In this document: positions 1 to 11,070 of the stretch, one piece after another | Layout of the letters: every line of letters begins with the position of its first letter | How positions within the stretch are numbered: position 1 is the stretch's first letter | DNA from: Carcharhinus amblyrhynchos | Lineage: Eukaryota | Assembly (NCBI GenBank): GCA_965287045.1 | Contig: OZ336879.1 | Coordinates: forward strand, 40,362,001 to 40,426,000 | DNA: 64,000 nt | Reading direction: 5' to 3' | Notes under the pieces: generated by a model | Seen by the model: only the letters and a program-made list of their open reading frames with translations | Told to the model about the DNA's origin: nothing | Databases searched by the model: none | Program-made: the position numbers and the translations under genes

Positions 1-217
1 CCCCTTGGCACTGCCCCATGCTCAATGGGCAGACTTCAATCCCAGGCCCACTAACGATATTTAAATTAGATTTGCACGCTCCTTTGCATGCCTAATGCAG
101 CTCCATGCCTATTTCTGGAGCAGGAAACCCAATGTGGATCGTGCTAATCCTGCCCTGCTGAAATCTCCCGGCCCTCTGCGCTAAAAAAATTAACACAGCA
201 AGATAGAAGAATCACCC
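1..217. mobile_element. Right end of a GC-rich non-autonomous DNA transposon (Harbinger-type MITE), cut by the window edge
   Basis: Ends in GAAGAATCACCC, like the ...GAGAATCGCCC termini of other MITEs here. Internal motifs (ttggcactgcc, taatgcagctcc) are shared with the 4353-5539 element. Confidence 0.6.
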
Positions 218-894
218 TCATAGTGTGAAAAGCATACCTTTTAGAAAAATTGATTCTTAAGCTCTGACCACCTACAGCAAGATAGGTATTTGTCTATCCA
301 ACACTCCCACACACACTTGTCCTTATGTAACTTTATGCATCTCCCTGATACTCATTCCTGCCAGATGTTCTTCATCCTGTGACTAAACATGTTGTTACAC
401 TTACAAATACATTTTTATCTTTCCTTCATTGTAGAAGAGAGCTTAGAATACCAGGGAGAGGGAGAGAAGTGAAGATGGCCATTCAGCCTTCTTACAACTA
501 ATAGCCACAGAGTAAGAGGCACAGGTGGTCACTGGAGTTTGCAGCATTCTTGGCTGTCAGACAGAGGGGAGACAGGGAGTTCCCAGTTACCCAGTGACAC
601 AATTAAATCCCAACACCTACGTGTCATATCGCCCGCTGTCACATTGACGTGATTTTTCCAAAGATAAAATATGATCAACTTCATAGTAATAACTGATCAC
701 ATTTTTAGCATAGTGTACTCAACGATTCCCTTCAATGGATGAGTAAGTATTGTGTTGATAAGTTTTTGTTCTTTATTTAGGCCGCAGAAAATCTTTCTTT
801 TTTTATCAGTTGCCTTATCCAGCGCTTGATGGTAATGGTCTTCTTATTTATTTGATGAAGAATATGAAGACATGAACGGGAAGATCTATTTTTT

Positions 895-1030
895 AACTAT
901 TTCATGGAATGTGGATGTTGCTTACTCGGCCAGCATTTATCGCCCAATTTCTCTAGAGAAATTAGGTGTGAGCCACCTTCTTGAACCACCACAGTCCATC
1001 TGGTATAGGAACATCCATTGGGAGGGAATG
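895..1030 (-). mobile_element. 3' tail fragment of a CR1/L2-group LINE
   Basis: ttcatggaatgtggatgttgc...ggccagcatttatcgccca...gagccaccttcttgaacc. The same tail recurs at about 15380, 18950, 37605 and 55960. Confidence 0.65.
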
Positions 1031-3041
1031 ATTGAGTTTGTTTGCAGGACTGCTTTGTGTCAATGGCTAGGTTTAGGGGAAAGAGTGTTGTTGCAATTGT
1101 TGGTAATAACGGTGCATTGTAGTAGATTTTGCTTTAATGAGGATACCTACCCCCCTACCCCCGATAGGGATTGAATAGCTGAGGGGGCATTCTTTCTCCT
1201 CATGTTTCTCCTCCTCACTCCCCCAGAATCTTCTGATTCCATTGCCTTGTTCCTCCTATATGTTCAAGGTTCTCTGTTGTTGTCCTCTATACAGTACAGC
1301 TACAGGTCTGCGACCAGCAGCCTATAGTTCTGATCCTCGTCATGTTGTTCCTCATTTGATATCCAAACCAAGGCAGTCAAATACCATCCTTCCTGAAGCA
1401 ATAAGACCAGCCTCCAAAGTGCAGAATGTCAACTCAACAAAAGTACTTTCCCTTTGGTAGGTAAGAAAGCAGCTGAGTTTACTGACTATTTGCTGCTATA
1501 TTTCCAAGGGATGGACTTGCTGTTACTCTCTTACCCTGCTTTCACTGGCAAATTTCAGAAAATTCGGAAAACTAAGGGGCCTAATGCTAAACTCACAAGT
1601 GCATGAAAATATCACTCTAATTGAGCTATTAACATATGTTAATTAGCAACCTACCTCTGCCAAAGGTTTATATATGCACAGCTCAACGCAGTTGAGTAAA
1701 ATGCAGAAGAGCTGGTTTTCTGATGTGCTGCCACTTTCCACAGTTTTAACTTTCATCTGCACCCAAACCCAAGTATTCCTTCATGTTGACATTTCTTCCA
1801 ATGTTACCTCGAGGTGTAAGTGTATTGTGTTATAGTTTCTGTTGCTGCAATATTTGATCTTTAACCTGATTTTAAATCATGTGAAATAATTGGAGAAACT
1901 TTATCTGTTTAATTCTGCAATTACTGTTACTGTTAATTGCAAATTCTTACTCACACACACAGCAAGATTGAACATTATAACCCTGCATCTTTTCAGATTT
2001 CATTAAGTATTTATAGGATACAGATGATCAGGAACATCGTAATAGAGTTCTTTTGGAGCTGATTAAATATACATATACATTAAATATACATTCACTCTCA
2101 CACAGATGGTAATGAGATTATAATCCTGCGTCTGCAAAGGTTTCATTAGATTTATGACACAGCAAGATGTTTCTGTAAATGTTAAGGGTGTGTGGCAACT
2201 TGTATCCAAACAATGTGAAAACTGTGTCTTCCAATTTCAGATTCCAAATTTACATATCACACTGCAAAGGAACCAGGCGCTTTTTAAACTTGGGATGTTT
2301 ATTTTCTTATGCTTATTCTTCTATCTGACATTTTCTTATCTGGGATTCAGGACTCGGATACGAGAATCATTACCCAAGCTGTTGCTACCTTATTTCAACT
2401 CGGGGGAAAAAAAATACTTTACAACTACAAAGTGCTCATATCCATCTCTTGCTAACCTGCAGTTTCAGACTAACCAAGTAGTATATCTGTCTGCAAAGTT
2501 TTCTTAGTGGACCAGGAAAGAAATAGAATACATCAATTCCTGATACTGGTATGTTGTGTCTGTGTGATTATGACACAGGTGGTGGCAGAGTTGCCTTGAA
2601 TTACAAGCAAGGTCGGTAATGTTGCACAGCTAAGATTTGGCATCGAGTACTTTGAACTACTTTGGACAGAAGTGCCCCAGCAGGACAGGAAGGTTCCTTC
2701 GATAATGTCTCGCCTTGCGCCATCTGCTCTGTAATTCCATTCTCCCCTACCTGTCTACTAATTCTGACAGAATTCAATCCATTGTCTTAATCAGTGACAG
2801 CAACTGCCAGCATGATGATTAAGAAACAAAGCAACATGATCATATTGTTTCCTTATTCACAGTAATTAATGGACCCACCCAGTTATTTTGCTCTTTAACT
2901 GAAGCTAAAGAATAAACTTCTAATGAGCTATAAACAGAGAAGCTCACATATTCACTCCATTTATCAGATTGCAGGCATGTCTTATGTGAGTTATTTAGAA
3001 ATTAATGGACATAGAATCATGGGATTTCCTAATAGGTCCAG

Positions 3042-3289
3042 TGAAATAGATCCAGGGCAACTTGATGTGGCTTGAATCAACAAAGGTTTTATTATCAACG
3101 AAAAGTAATATGTACAATTTCAGACTAAATTACAACGTGACTACTCTTCTAGACTCCAACTGCGAGTCCCTCCTCAACCCGTGGCATACGTTTTCCTGCT
3201 GATTGGCTCAGCTTCCTGATGGGATGATCCATGGGGCGCATGCTGATTATGTGACCTTTGGGAAATTTTCCCCTTAAAGGACCAGGCCA
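3042..3289 (-). repeat. 3' LTR of the Gypsy element
   Basis: Aligns by eye with 6771-6998 (atagat.cagggcaact..atgtggcttgaat; ttcagactaaattac; tcctgctgattggctcagcttcc; gggatgatccat). Begins TG on the + strand. Confidence 0.8.
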
Positions 3290-3515
3290 CTGACCTGCTC
3301 CCCTTATACACCTGTGGAGGAACAAATAATAGGATTAGTAAAGCACACAATAGGCTCAAGATAAAATTGGTAACAGGAAAAATCATTGGAAAACTCATCA
3401 AGGTTTGAGTCATTGTGGAGACTTCCCAGCTCTGGTAGTTTGGTAGTAGACTCTTCTAAATTTAAAGGGCCAGGCTGGACAGACGAAAAAGGCTGACTCA
3501 TTAATTCAGGATCCA

Positions 3516-3642
3516 GGGCGGAATTTTACTGGTATGTCTGCCCAAGTTTCGCATGATCCTGCCTGAGGCCAACGGAGAATGCCATTCTCCGAATTGAGCC
3601 TGCCACCGGAATCGGGGCTGGCATGCCGATAAAATTCCAGCC
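3516..3642. mobile_element. 127-bp fold-back MITE (Harbinger-type) inserted in the Gypsy IN C-terminal region
   Basis: 13-bp TIRs GGGCGGAATTTTA / TAAAATTCCAGCC, flanks CCA/CCG, central perfect hairpin GGAGAAT-gcc-ATTCTCC. Confidence 0.85.
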
Positions 3643-4352
3643 CCGGTGACTCTTCAGCAGCTTCTGGTTCCTCAGTCTCCACGCCCATTGGTTGTTCCAG
3701 TTCCACATTCTCAATCAGAATCCCAGTAACCAGATCTGGTATCCTCGAATTATCTGCAGGGGTTGCCATGTCCATTACTGCTCTGCTCCTTAGATGGTCC
3801 ATGTGTTTCCTGACATGACAGCCTTGTACCTCCATGATATAGGAGACCTGGCCTGTTCTTTTCACAATTTTACCAGCCATCCGTGCTGGGCGTGCTGCAA
3901 AATTCCTGACCGTGACTGCAAACTCCACTTCCTGAATCATGATTTTCCTTCTGAGAGGTTTGAATAGCCTCTGCCCTCCCCGCCAAATTTGGGAATATCA
4001 TGTCCAATCATTCTTAAATGGTGTCCCATCAGTAACACAGCTGGCATGACCTTTGTGGTTACGTTTGGGGTGGTGTTAAATAACATAGAAATCTGGTTAT
4101 CCATAAAGGAAAAGATAGATTTTAGCTTTACCTCCCGTTTCCACCCTAATTAAACTCGGAAGACATTAGAATATTTATGCAGCAGTTCCAGAAAAACCTC
4201 CATCCCTCAGATTTAATATTTCCAGCCAGTTTAGTCATAGTTGCTTTATCCAATCATGGCTCATTAAACAAGGTCTATGACTCTGGATTACTAAGGCCGG
4301 CAGCTTTGCTGTCTCGTTCTGATATGGCATTGTTACTGTTCCAGCACATAAA

Positions 4353-5539
4353 GGCCAGGATTCTCCCCAAAAAAATTCTAAGTGCGAATTTGCGTGAAAA
4401 CTGGAGCAAATCGCATTGGATTTTTTCAACGGGAATTTCAAAATGAATCTCCCATACTCCGTGCACTGCAGAGAGCACCAGCGTGAATCAGTCCGGAAGT
4501 CCAGGGATGGGGCCTATACTTGCTGGAGAGGCTGAAATCAGCACATTGAGTGGGCCCCAGCGCGTGCACACATCTCTAGAGATTGCTCAACAAGTACTCC
4601 CAGCATTGAAATCACTGGCCTCAATCCCCCATTGACATTGCTGGCCTCTCAAACCCCTTCCACAGACATCGCCAGCCTGATAACAAGCCTCTCACCACCT
4701 CCCCGTTTCCCCCCCAACCTCCGTCCGCAACCCCAAAGGACATCACTGGCCTCCACATCCCTCACTGAGCTGGACATTGCCAGCAGCCCCATCCCCCAGT
4801 GACCTAGACATCACTGGCCATCCCACCCCTCACTGAGCTGGACATCACTGGCCACCCCATTCCCCGCTGTGCTGGACATTGCCGTCATTCCCACCCCCCA
4901 GTGACCGGGACATCGCTGGCCTCCCTCCCCCACTGATCCCGACTGTAGAGTGCCAGTGGGAACCCCCATCCCACCGATTACTTCCATCAGGGCCTGCCCC
5001 ACCCACCTTAATGCCCCACCCCATCAGGCCCCACCCCCTGGCACTGCCTGATGGTCAGTGCCAAAGTGCCCCCTGGGCATTGACACTTTGTTCCTTGGGC
5101 AGTGCCAGGGGCTCAGGGTGACACTGCCAAGGCGCCAATGCCCAGGGGCCATCCCCTCCACCACCCAACTCTCTGGTGACCTCAATTGTTCCCCCCTCAC
5201 TCCAGTGGGGTTGGACTGCTAACTCCCTGCAAGCGGGGAGCTACAGTAAACCCTGCTGGAGTGAAATACTCCTGGCTGGGTGGTGGGAGAGGCCAGTGGC
5301 CCTTGAGACTTCAGTCCCTGGCCTGCTAATGGCATTTAAATTACATTCAAGTTGCCTCCTGCACAAATAATGCAGCTCCGCATAATTTCCGGCACGAAAC
5401 TGGTGGTGCTGGAAATCTAGCATTGGGAGACATGCTCAGGGCTGAATGCCCAGCGTGAATCCCACAGATCAGGCACTGTTTAAATCTCCTGAGCCACTGC
5501 ACTAAAGAAACAGCACAGCAGGATGGGTGAGTCGCTCCC
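4353..5539. mobile_element. About 1.19-kb GC-rich MITE (Harbinger-type) inserted in the Gypsy protease
   Basis: Termini GGCCAGGATTCTCC ... GGTGAGTCGCTCCC, with AAA on both flanks. Removing it rejoins YTGETLQNL-CAGTVTMPYQNETAKLPALVIQ in frame. Confidence 0.85.
4610..4930. repeat. Degenerate minisatellite inside the MITE (GACATC(A/G)CTGGCC-based units of about 33 bp)
   Basis: Repeated gacatcactggcc / gacattgcc separated by C-rich spacers. ccctcactgagctggacat occurs twice. Confidence 0.7.
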
Positions 5540-6659
5540 AAATTTTGCAGTGTCTCCCCTGTATATATGGACAAAACAGTGCCTGACTGATTTAATCTTA
5601 ATGGTTGGAGTCCTTTTTGAGATAATAAAATGCCTTTTCCCCTATGACTGTGGCTGCCGCTCTCAACTTCCCTGTTGAATACTTTGCCATTTACCAATAG
5701 TTATTCCTATAGGCGGCGCTTTGTTTAACTAGACCTGGTTTAGGGTGAACAACTTGGATTTCTTGCTGGGCTCCTCATCCAGACTGTTTACAGGAGTTAA
5801 GCTAGCAGTCACTGTTTATTTTTGTGTTGACACAACTGTACCACACTTTTCAGTGACCTTCAGCACACATAATTCTTGCATCCACAAACTTCTCGGGAGT
5901 TCTTGCCCCACATCAAAAGCACGCTTCAGCCCTCACTGCTGCATTTCTCTATTGGGCACTGTGGCACCATCACCTGGTCTGTTTTGTGTCACAACCATTT
6001 CCCGCCACAGACAATTTACCTCGATCAGCATACCTTGCAAACTTTACAACTTTATCATGCCCTACTCCATGCATTCAGTCACCTGGTCCAGTTCCACAGC
6101 TTTTCCTACAGTGATTTTGGTGTCAGCCAGTAATTTTTGTTGTACGATTGGACTATTTATACCACACACCATTCTGTCCCTTAACATTTCTCTTAATGCT
6201 GGGTCAAATTTGCAGTGTTCTGCCAGTCCCTTATGCCTTGCAATGAAGCCTGAGACTGCCTCCCCTTGCTCAATGAAATTTGTAGCGCAACATAATGATT
6301 GAGGCGTTGGGGTTAAAATGATTTTTGACCACCTCCACAACCTGGTCAAAAGACTTGAGCAGAATTTTCCAGCCGCACTCACCCCAAGGCTGGAAATTCC
6401 CACCCGAGTCAATGGACTTCTGCATAGTTCGTACTCGCCAGCTAAAATTCCCATGACGGGCGGAATGTGAAAATTCCACCCTTTGTATCTGGAGCATCTG
6501 GTGATGTTAATGTTCACTGGGCTACGGGCTGTAAGCAAAATAATTGCTTTTCTTCAGCGGTTATTGTATTTACCACAAAGAAGTAATACAGTTTCTCTTT
6601 ATCTTGTCCCAGTTGTCTACTTCGGGGTCAAATGACTAGATTTTTCCAATTATAGGCAT
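5540..6659 (-). pseudogene. Degenerate Gypsy gag and N-terminal protease coding region
   Basis: ATG at 6659 (minus strand). Gag-like peptides are spread over ORFs 6270-6497, 6062-6538 and 5347-5697, with stops and frameshifts. Confidence 0.85.
6357..6480. mobile_element. 124-bp MITE inserted in Gypsy gag
   Basis: Termini GAGCAGAATTTTC / GAAAATTCCACC, CTT direct repeat on both sides, internal AGTCAATGGACT core. Excision restores PDAPDTKSFDQ in frame. Confidence 0.85.
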
Positions 6660-6758
6660 TGTCCTAAGCAAATACACCTTCTTCCTTTGTATTCTCGATG
6701 ATCAAGTCTCCTCCCTCTCTAGCTGGACACTGTGATCCCCAATGACATCGAAGTTTTG

Positions 6759-6769
6759 CCTCGTCACCA
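6759..6769 (-). other. Primer-binding site (tRNA-Ser type) of the Gypsy element
   Basis: The minus strand reads ...TACA-T-TGGTGACGAGG directly after the 5' LTR, one CpG-type mismatch from the TGGCGACGAGG tRNA-Ser PBS. Confidence 0.75.
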
Positions 6770-6770
6770 A

Positions 6771-6998
6771 TGTAATAGATCGAGGGCAACTCAATGTGGC
6801 TTGAATGAACAAAGTCTTTATTGCCAAACAGTGAATAATTTATACAACATGTTCAGACTAAATTACTGTGCAACAGTTCTACTTGACTCCTTGGCTCCAG
6901 CTGTGAGTCCTTCCGCGACAAGATTTGCACAATCCTGCTGATTGGCTCAGCTTCCAACCGGGATGATCCATAGGCTCTTCTCCAATCACGTGTCCACA
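6771..6998 (-). repeat. 5' LTR of the Gypsy element (outer end possibly truncated)
   Basis: Homologous to 3042-3289 and abuts the PBS. An AATAAA reads on the minus strand (tttatt at about 6817). Confidence 0.8.
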
Positions 6999-7422
6999 TT
7001 ACTAGGTCCAGTCAACTTAGCAAAACTATTTGTTAGTAGAGCACAGTCAGAAAATCATCCTTAAAGTTCGCATTGGGCAATCCCTTGAACCTCACAGTGC
7101 CTCAATTACCACTTGCGATGAAGAGTTTCAGGCGCAGTTTTATCCTCTTTTCCTGGAAAGAATGTGACAGTTGTGCCAACAAAATAATGGAGCAGCACTT
7201 ACAACCCCATTCTCACTGGCAATGAAATCATTTTGGTGGAGGCTTTGAAATGGCCAGCATGGGTTCCAACCTAAAACAGGCAGAAGGTTCATTATTCCAT
7301 AGTATTCATGGTACTTAGATGCAATGTATGAAGATCAGTGAACAGAACCTGCTCAGTGCAGCCTCAACAATAGTTACCAAAGGGACCGGTACAGATTTAA
7401 AAGTGGCTCCTCCATTAAAGTT

Positions 7423-7558
7423 AGTCAGGAATTCTCTGGCTATTCATGTCCTGCTGCCACTGCCAATGAGCTCAGAGAATTTGGCACTCAGATATATCTC
7501 CTTTCGTTTCAGTGGGGCCGGAGAACCCCAGTCACGGGAGAGATCGGACAATCCGGCC
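7423..7558. mobile_element. Short MITE (about 135 bp)
   Basis: Degenerate TIRs AGTCAGGAATTCTC ... GACAATCCGGCC, with internal GGAGAA sub-terminal motifs. Confidence 0.55.
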
Positions 7559-8310
7559 TCTTACCTTAATGGCACAGAAGCTTAAATTCCCTCCACCATG
7601 TCTAACTCCCACTCCACTCCTTGCCCAACCTCTTTTAAAATAGCTGGGCTCCTTGCTGGGACTCAGGCCAGAATTTCCACCCATTCCAATTGGTGAGCTT
7701 CTCCAATGGGGCAAGCAGCTAACCAATGCAAAGCCAAAAAAGCCAGCCTAACAAAATACTTCAAACCACAGCCAGCAGTGAGACAGCAGGCTCACACCAC
7801 TTACCTATTATGTGATCAATAGGAGGTTGCTCAAAAGTTTGATCTTGCATGGTTTAATAGCTCTCTTGTGGAAAAAGTGTTTTTCCTAAAAGAACCAATT
7901 AGAAAGGCCTTATACAGGAATCTAATGCTTTAAACTTTCATCGCATTTACCAGTTAAAAGGTCCTAACTTCAACTTGGTTTAAGAAAAAACAAGTTTTTT
8001 CAACTCAGTGCCACTTCCTAATACCCTAATCAAGCAGTCATGTACTGTCCATTTGTCATCAACATTACAATCAATTTCTATATGTGTCCAGTGATGAAGT
8101 ACTGTGGTCATGTGTGGAAAGCTGCAATGAAAATCAATACTTTGCTCTTCACCTCACTTCAGTCTAAAACCATGCATAACAATACAATAGATAAAATGAC
8201 ATTTTTCTTAGTTAGTCTTGAGATGTAGGTGTCACTGACAAGGTTGGCATTTATTGCCAATTTAAGGCCTATTTCCAATTACCTAGAAAAATGATGTCGT
8301 TCATGACCAA

Positions 8311-8915
8311 AAGACCAGTCGACATAGGAGCCAAAGTAGGCCATTTGGCCCATCGAGTCTGCACCTCCATTCAATGAGATCGTAGCTGATCTGATATGAT
8401 AATCCTCAACTCCGATTTCCCACCTTATCCCCATAACCCTTGGTTCCCTTACTGACTAAAATCTATCTATTTCAGCCTTGAACATACCTAATGACCTAAC
8501 CTCTACAACCCTCTGTCGTAAAGACTGCCACAGTTTCACTACCTTCTGAGAGAAGAAATTTCTCCTCATCTCCGTCTTAAATGGTATCCCCTTGCACCGA
8601 GATTACGCCCTCTGGTCCTAGACTCTTCCACAAGGGGAAGCAAACTGTTAGCATCTACCTTGTCAAGCCCCCTGAGAATCCTACATTTCTCAATAAAGTT
8701 GCCTCTCATTCCTCTAAACTCCAGTGAGTACTAGGCTACTCAATCTCTCCTCATAAAAATATTCTCACATATCCAGGATTGACCTAGTCAGCCTTCTCTG
8801 GACTGCCTCTAATGTCAGTAGATCTTTCCTTAGATAAATGGGATTGTTCACAGTATTCTAGATTTGGTCTAACTAATGCTTTGTATGCTTTTAGCAAGAC
8901 TTCCCTATTTTTATA
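8311..8915 (-). mobile_element. CR1 (HER1-like) LINE 3' fragment
   Basis: Typical shark CR1 tail (ataggagc..aagtaggccatt.ggccc..gagtctg). Minus-strand peptide YKNREVLLKAYKALVRPNLEYCEQ. Confidence 0.9.
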
Positions 8916-9257
8916 TAAATAAAAGCCACTGTTCCACTTGTCTTCCTTATTATCTGCTGAACTTGCAATGATTTTTCTAACTATTCTTTGATGCACGTAA
9001 GATGTTGATGTTAATGTATCATACCTTTTAATTTTCTGCACAAACAGACAAGCATGCACAATATCTTACAGGAAAAATACCATGAAGATTGCTGTGTGAC
9101 CCTGTATGTGTGCAACTGAAAGGAAACATTTTGATAGATCCTCTTCTTGAACACAGATAGGGTTTATTGCCAACCAAATTGCTTGCTTAGCCATTTAGAT
9201 AGTCAACTCCAGTGGTGTATGTCATGTTCAACAATTCAATTGTCCTGAGTTTCATTA

Positions 9258-11050
9258 TGTAAACCTGTCACCTATAATAGGGAAGTCTTGCTAAAAGCAT
9301 ACAAAGCATTAGTTAGACCACATCTGGAATACTGTGAACAGTCCCATTTATCTAAGGAGAGATCGACTGACATTAGAGGCAGTCCAGGTAAGGCTCACTA
9401 CGTCAATCCTGGACATGTGAGAATATTCTTATGAGGAGAGGTTGAGTAGCCTATGTCAGGTTAAGCTCAGTGTGAACTTGAGCTTGAAGCCTGGAGCAGA
9501 CATTTTAAAGCATTGCATAAAACTCTTGTAAATAAAGTCCGAACACACATATAAACTGATGCATCATCTGGATTTGGTCTGAGATAGAGAATATGCAACA
9601 AAAGGGCTATCTGGATTATGGTGAAAAACCTACATTTACTGACTCCTGTATCTTCCCATTCTTCATCAGAAGATACATCTAAGCAATGGGATAGATGGAT
9701 TTTGCGGTTTAAGACCTACTTGCTCACTGAAGAAATGAGCAGTCTGAATGTAGCAGCAATCTGCAAGATCTGTACATTGTCTTGGACGAGAAGACCAGCA
9801 AATACTCAAATAGAAGACACTTCTACATTTGATACAGCAGCTCTGGGAAAATACTTCAGGTCGGAGAAAAGTGTGATGATTGAAGGATATGCATTCTGCC
9901 AGAGTCACCAAGGAAATGATGAGATCATTAAACAATACGTTTTGGAAAATGGCTTCTCCATGTAAATTTGGCAAACTAATCAATGGACTAATTCATGAGC
10001 CACTAATTGAAATTATTACTATTCCACAAGTCAGGGAATGTTTCTTCAAGGAAGATGATGATGTAACCTTGAAAAAATCTTCACCTTGGCAGTCCAAATC
10101 AAATCCGCCATGTGAGATTTGAAGGGGTTGCACAGGAATGCACCCTCAGACTCTAAGTTGCAGACACAGCTTGCCCAACCAGCTCAGGAGCAAGGGTTAT
10201 GAATAAAGAGACCTCAGCTATCTCATCAACATGGGCCCCATCCACGGGCAATTATCTATAAGAATACATTGTGGAAGTGCTCATTGTTTGAAAGTGAAAT
10301 GTCCAGCTCCAGAGAAAATGTGCACCTCATGCTTAAAGTGGAATCATCTTGCAAAGGTGTGTAGGTCAAAGAAGAGGCCTTCATCAAATTGACATGTGAA
10401 GGAGTGTCTTGCTGAGAATGAGGTAGACCATGTGTATACCATCATGAAAGGTAAAACACTAGGCCAGTTTAAGGATTGTCACAGATTTCTCAGTATCACT
10501 TCTCATTAATGTTTGTACAAAAGTACCTATTTTCACCAACAAACTGTACTGTTAGTAATTTTTAAAACTTTCTCTCATTCTTGTGACTCTTCAAGCTTAT
10601 GACAATTCAGTTATTCCAGTTTTGGAAATGATTACAGTTTCAGTACACCAAAAAGCATCACCTTAGCCAGCTGCATTTTCTATGTAGCTAAAGGTCTTAT
10701 AGGGATAACCCTTTTTGACAGGCATTGATTCAAACTTGAAGCTCCCACTGGAGTGCACATTAATGTGATCAATAATGGAGACAATGCATACCATTATCCA
10801 TTCTTAATTATAGGTTTTTGGGAGGTCAAGTGTGCCATAGAGCCACAGGATCCCTACAGTGCAAAAGGAGACCATTCGGCCTATCAAGTCTGCACTGCTT
10901 CTCTGAAAGAGTCCAACCTCTTATGTCCTATCCTTGGATCTTCTTCCTCATCAAGTTGATCATGAAGCAACCCAATGTTAAATTTGTAGATCACAGCATA
11001 ATCATGGGACGCTTTTGAATCTTAAAGACTATTTCTGTACTTGAAGAAAA
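9258..11050 (+). mobile_element. Second, highly decayed Gypsy LTR element (LTR, gag and protease remnant)
   Basis: LTR-like segment with AATAAA ending ...CAACA at 9600. Gag-like peptides QWDRWILRFKTYL, KYFRSEKSVMIEGYAFCQSHQGNDEIIKQYV and ASPCKFG. Zinc-knuckle-like CTSCLKWNHLAKVCRSK at about 10321-10371. Confidence 0.75.
9276..9453 (+). repeat. Inverted duplicate of the CR1 segment 8732-8909
   Basis: The reverse complement matches 8732-8909 with about 12 substitutions in 178 bp (hand count). Confidence 0.9.
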
Positions 11051-11070
11051 TGAATGAGCTGAAATCTAAT

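Larger units (their letters stand above)
3042..6998 (-). mobile_element. Internally deleted Gypsy/Ty3 LTR retrotransposon (LTR-gag-protease-[RT/RNaseH/most IN deleted]-IN C-terminus-LTR) with three nested MITEs
   Basis: Two homologous LTRs (about 3042-3289 and 6771-6998), PBS TGGTGACGAGG and a purine-rich tract next to the 3' LTR. Gag-like peptides: MPIIGKI*SFDPEVDNW, PDTKSFDQVVEVVKNHFNP, LAEHCKFDPALREMLRDRMVCGIN. Protease-like: VNGKVFNREVESG, YTGETLQ. IN C-terminal-like: GKIVKRTGQVSYIMEVQGCHVRKHMDHLRSR. Confidence 0.9.

Noticed and set aside
4610-4930. Repeat-spacer pattern superficially like a CRISPR array
   Set aside because: The repeats are degenerate, the spacers are mutually similar and C-rich, there are no cas genes, and the context is a eukaryotic MITE.
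5745-6302. 185-aa plus-strand ORF
   Set aside because: Antisense shadow of Gypsy gag.
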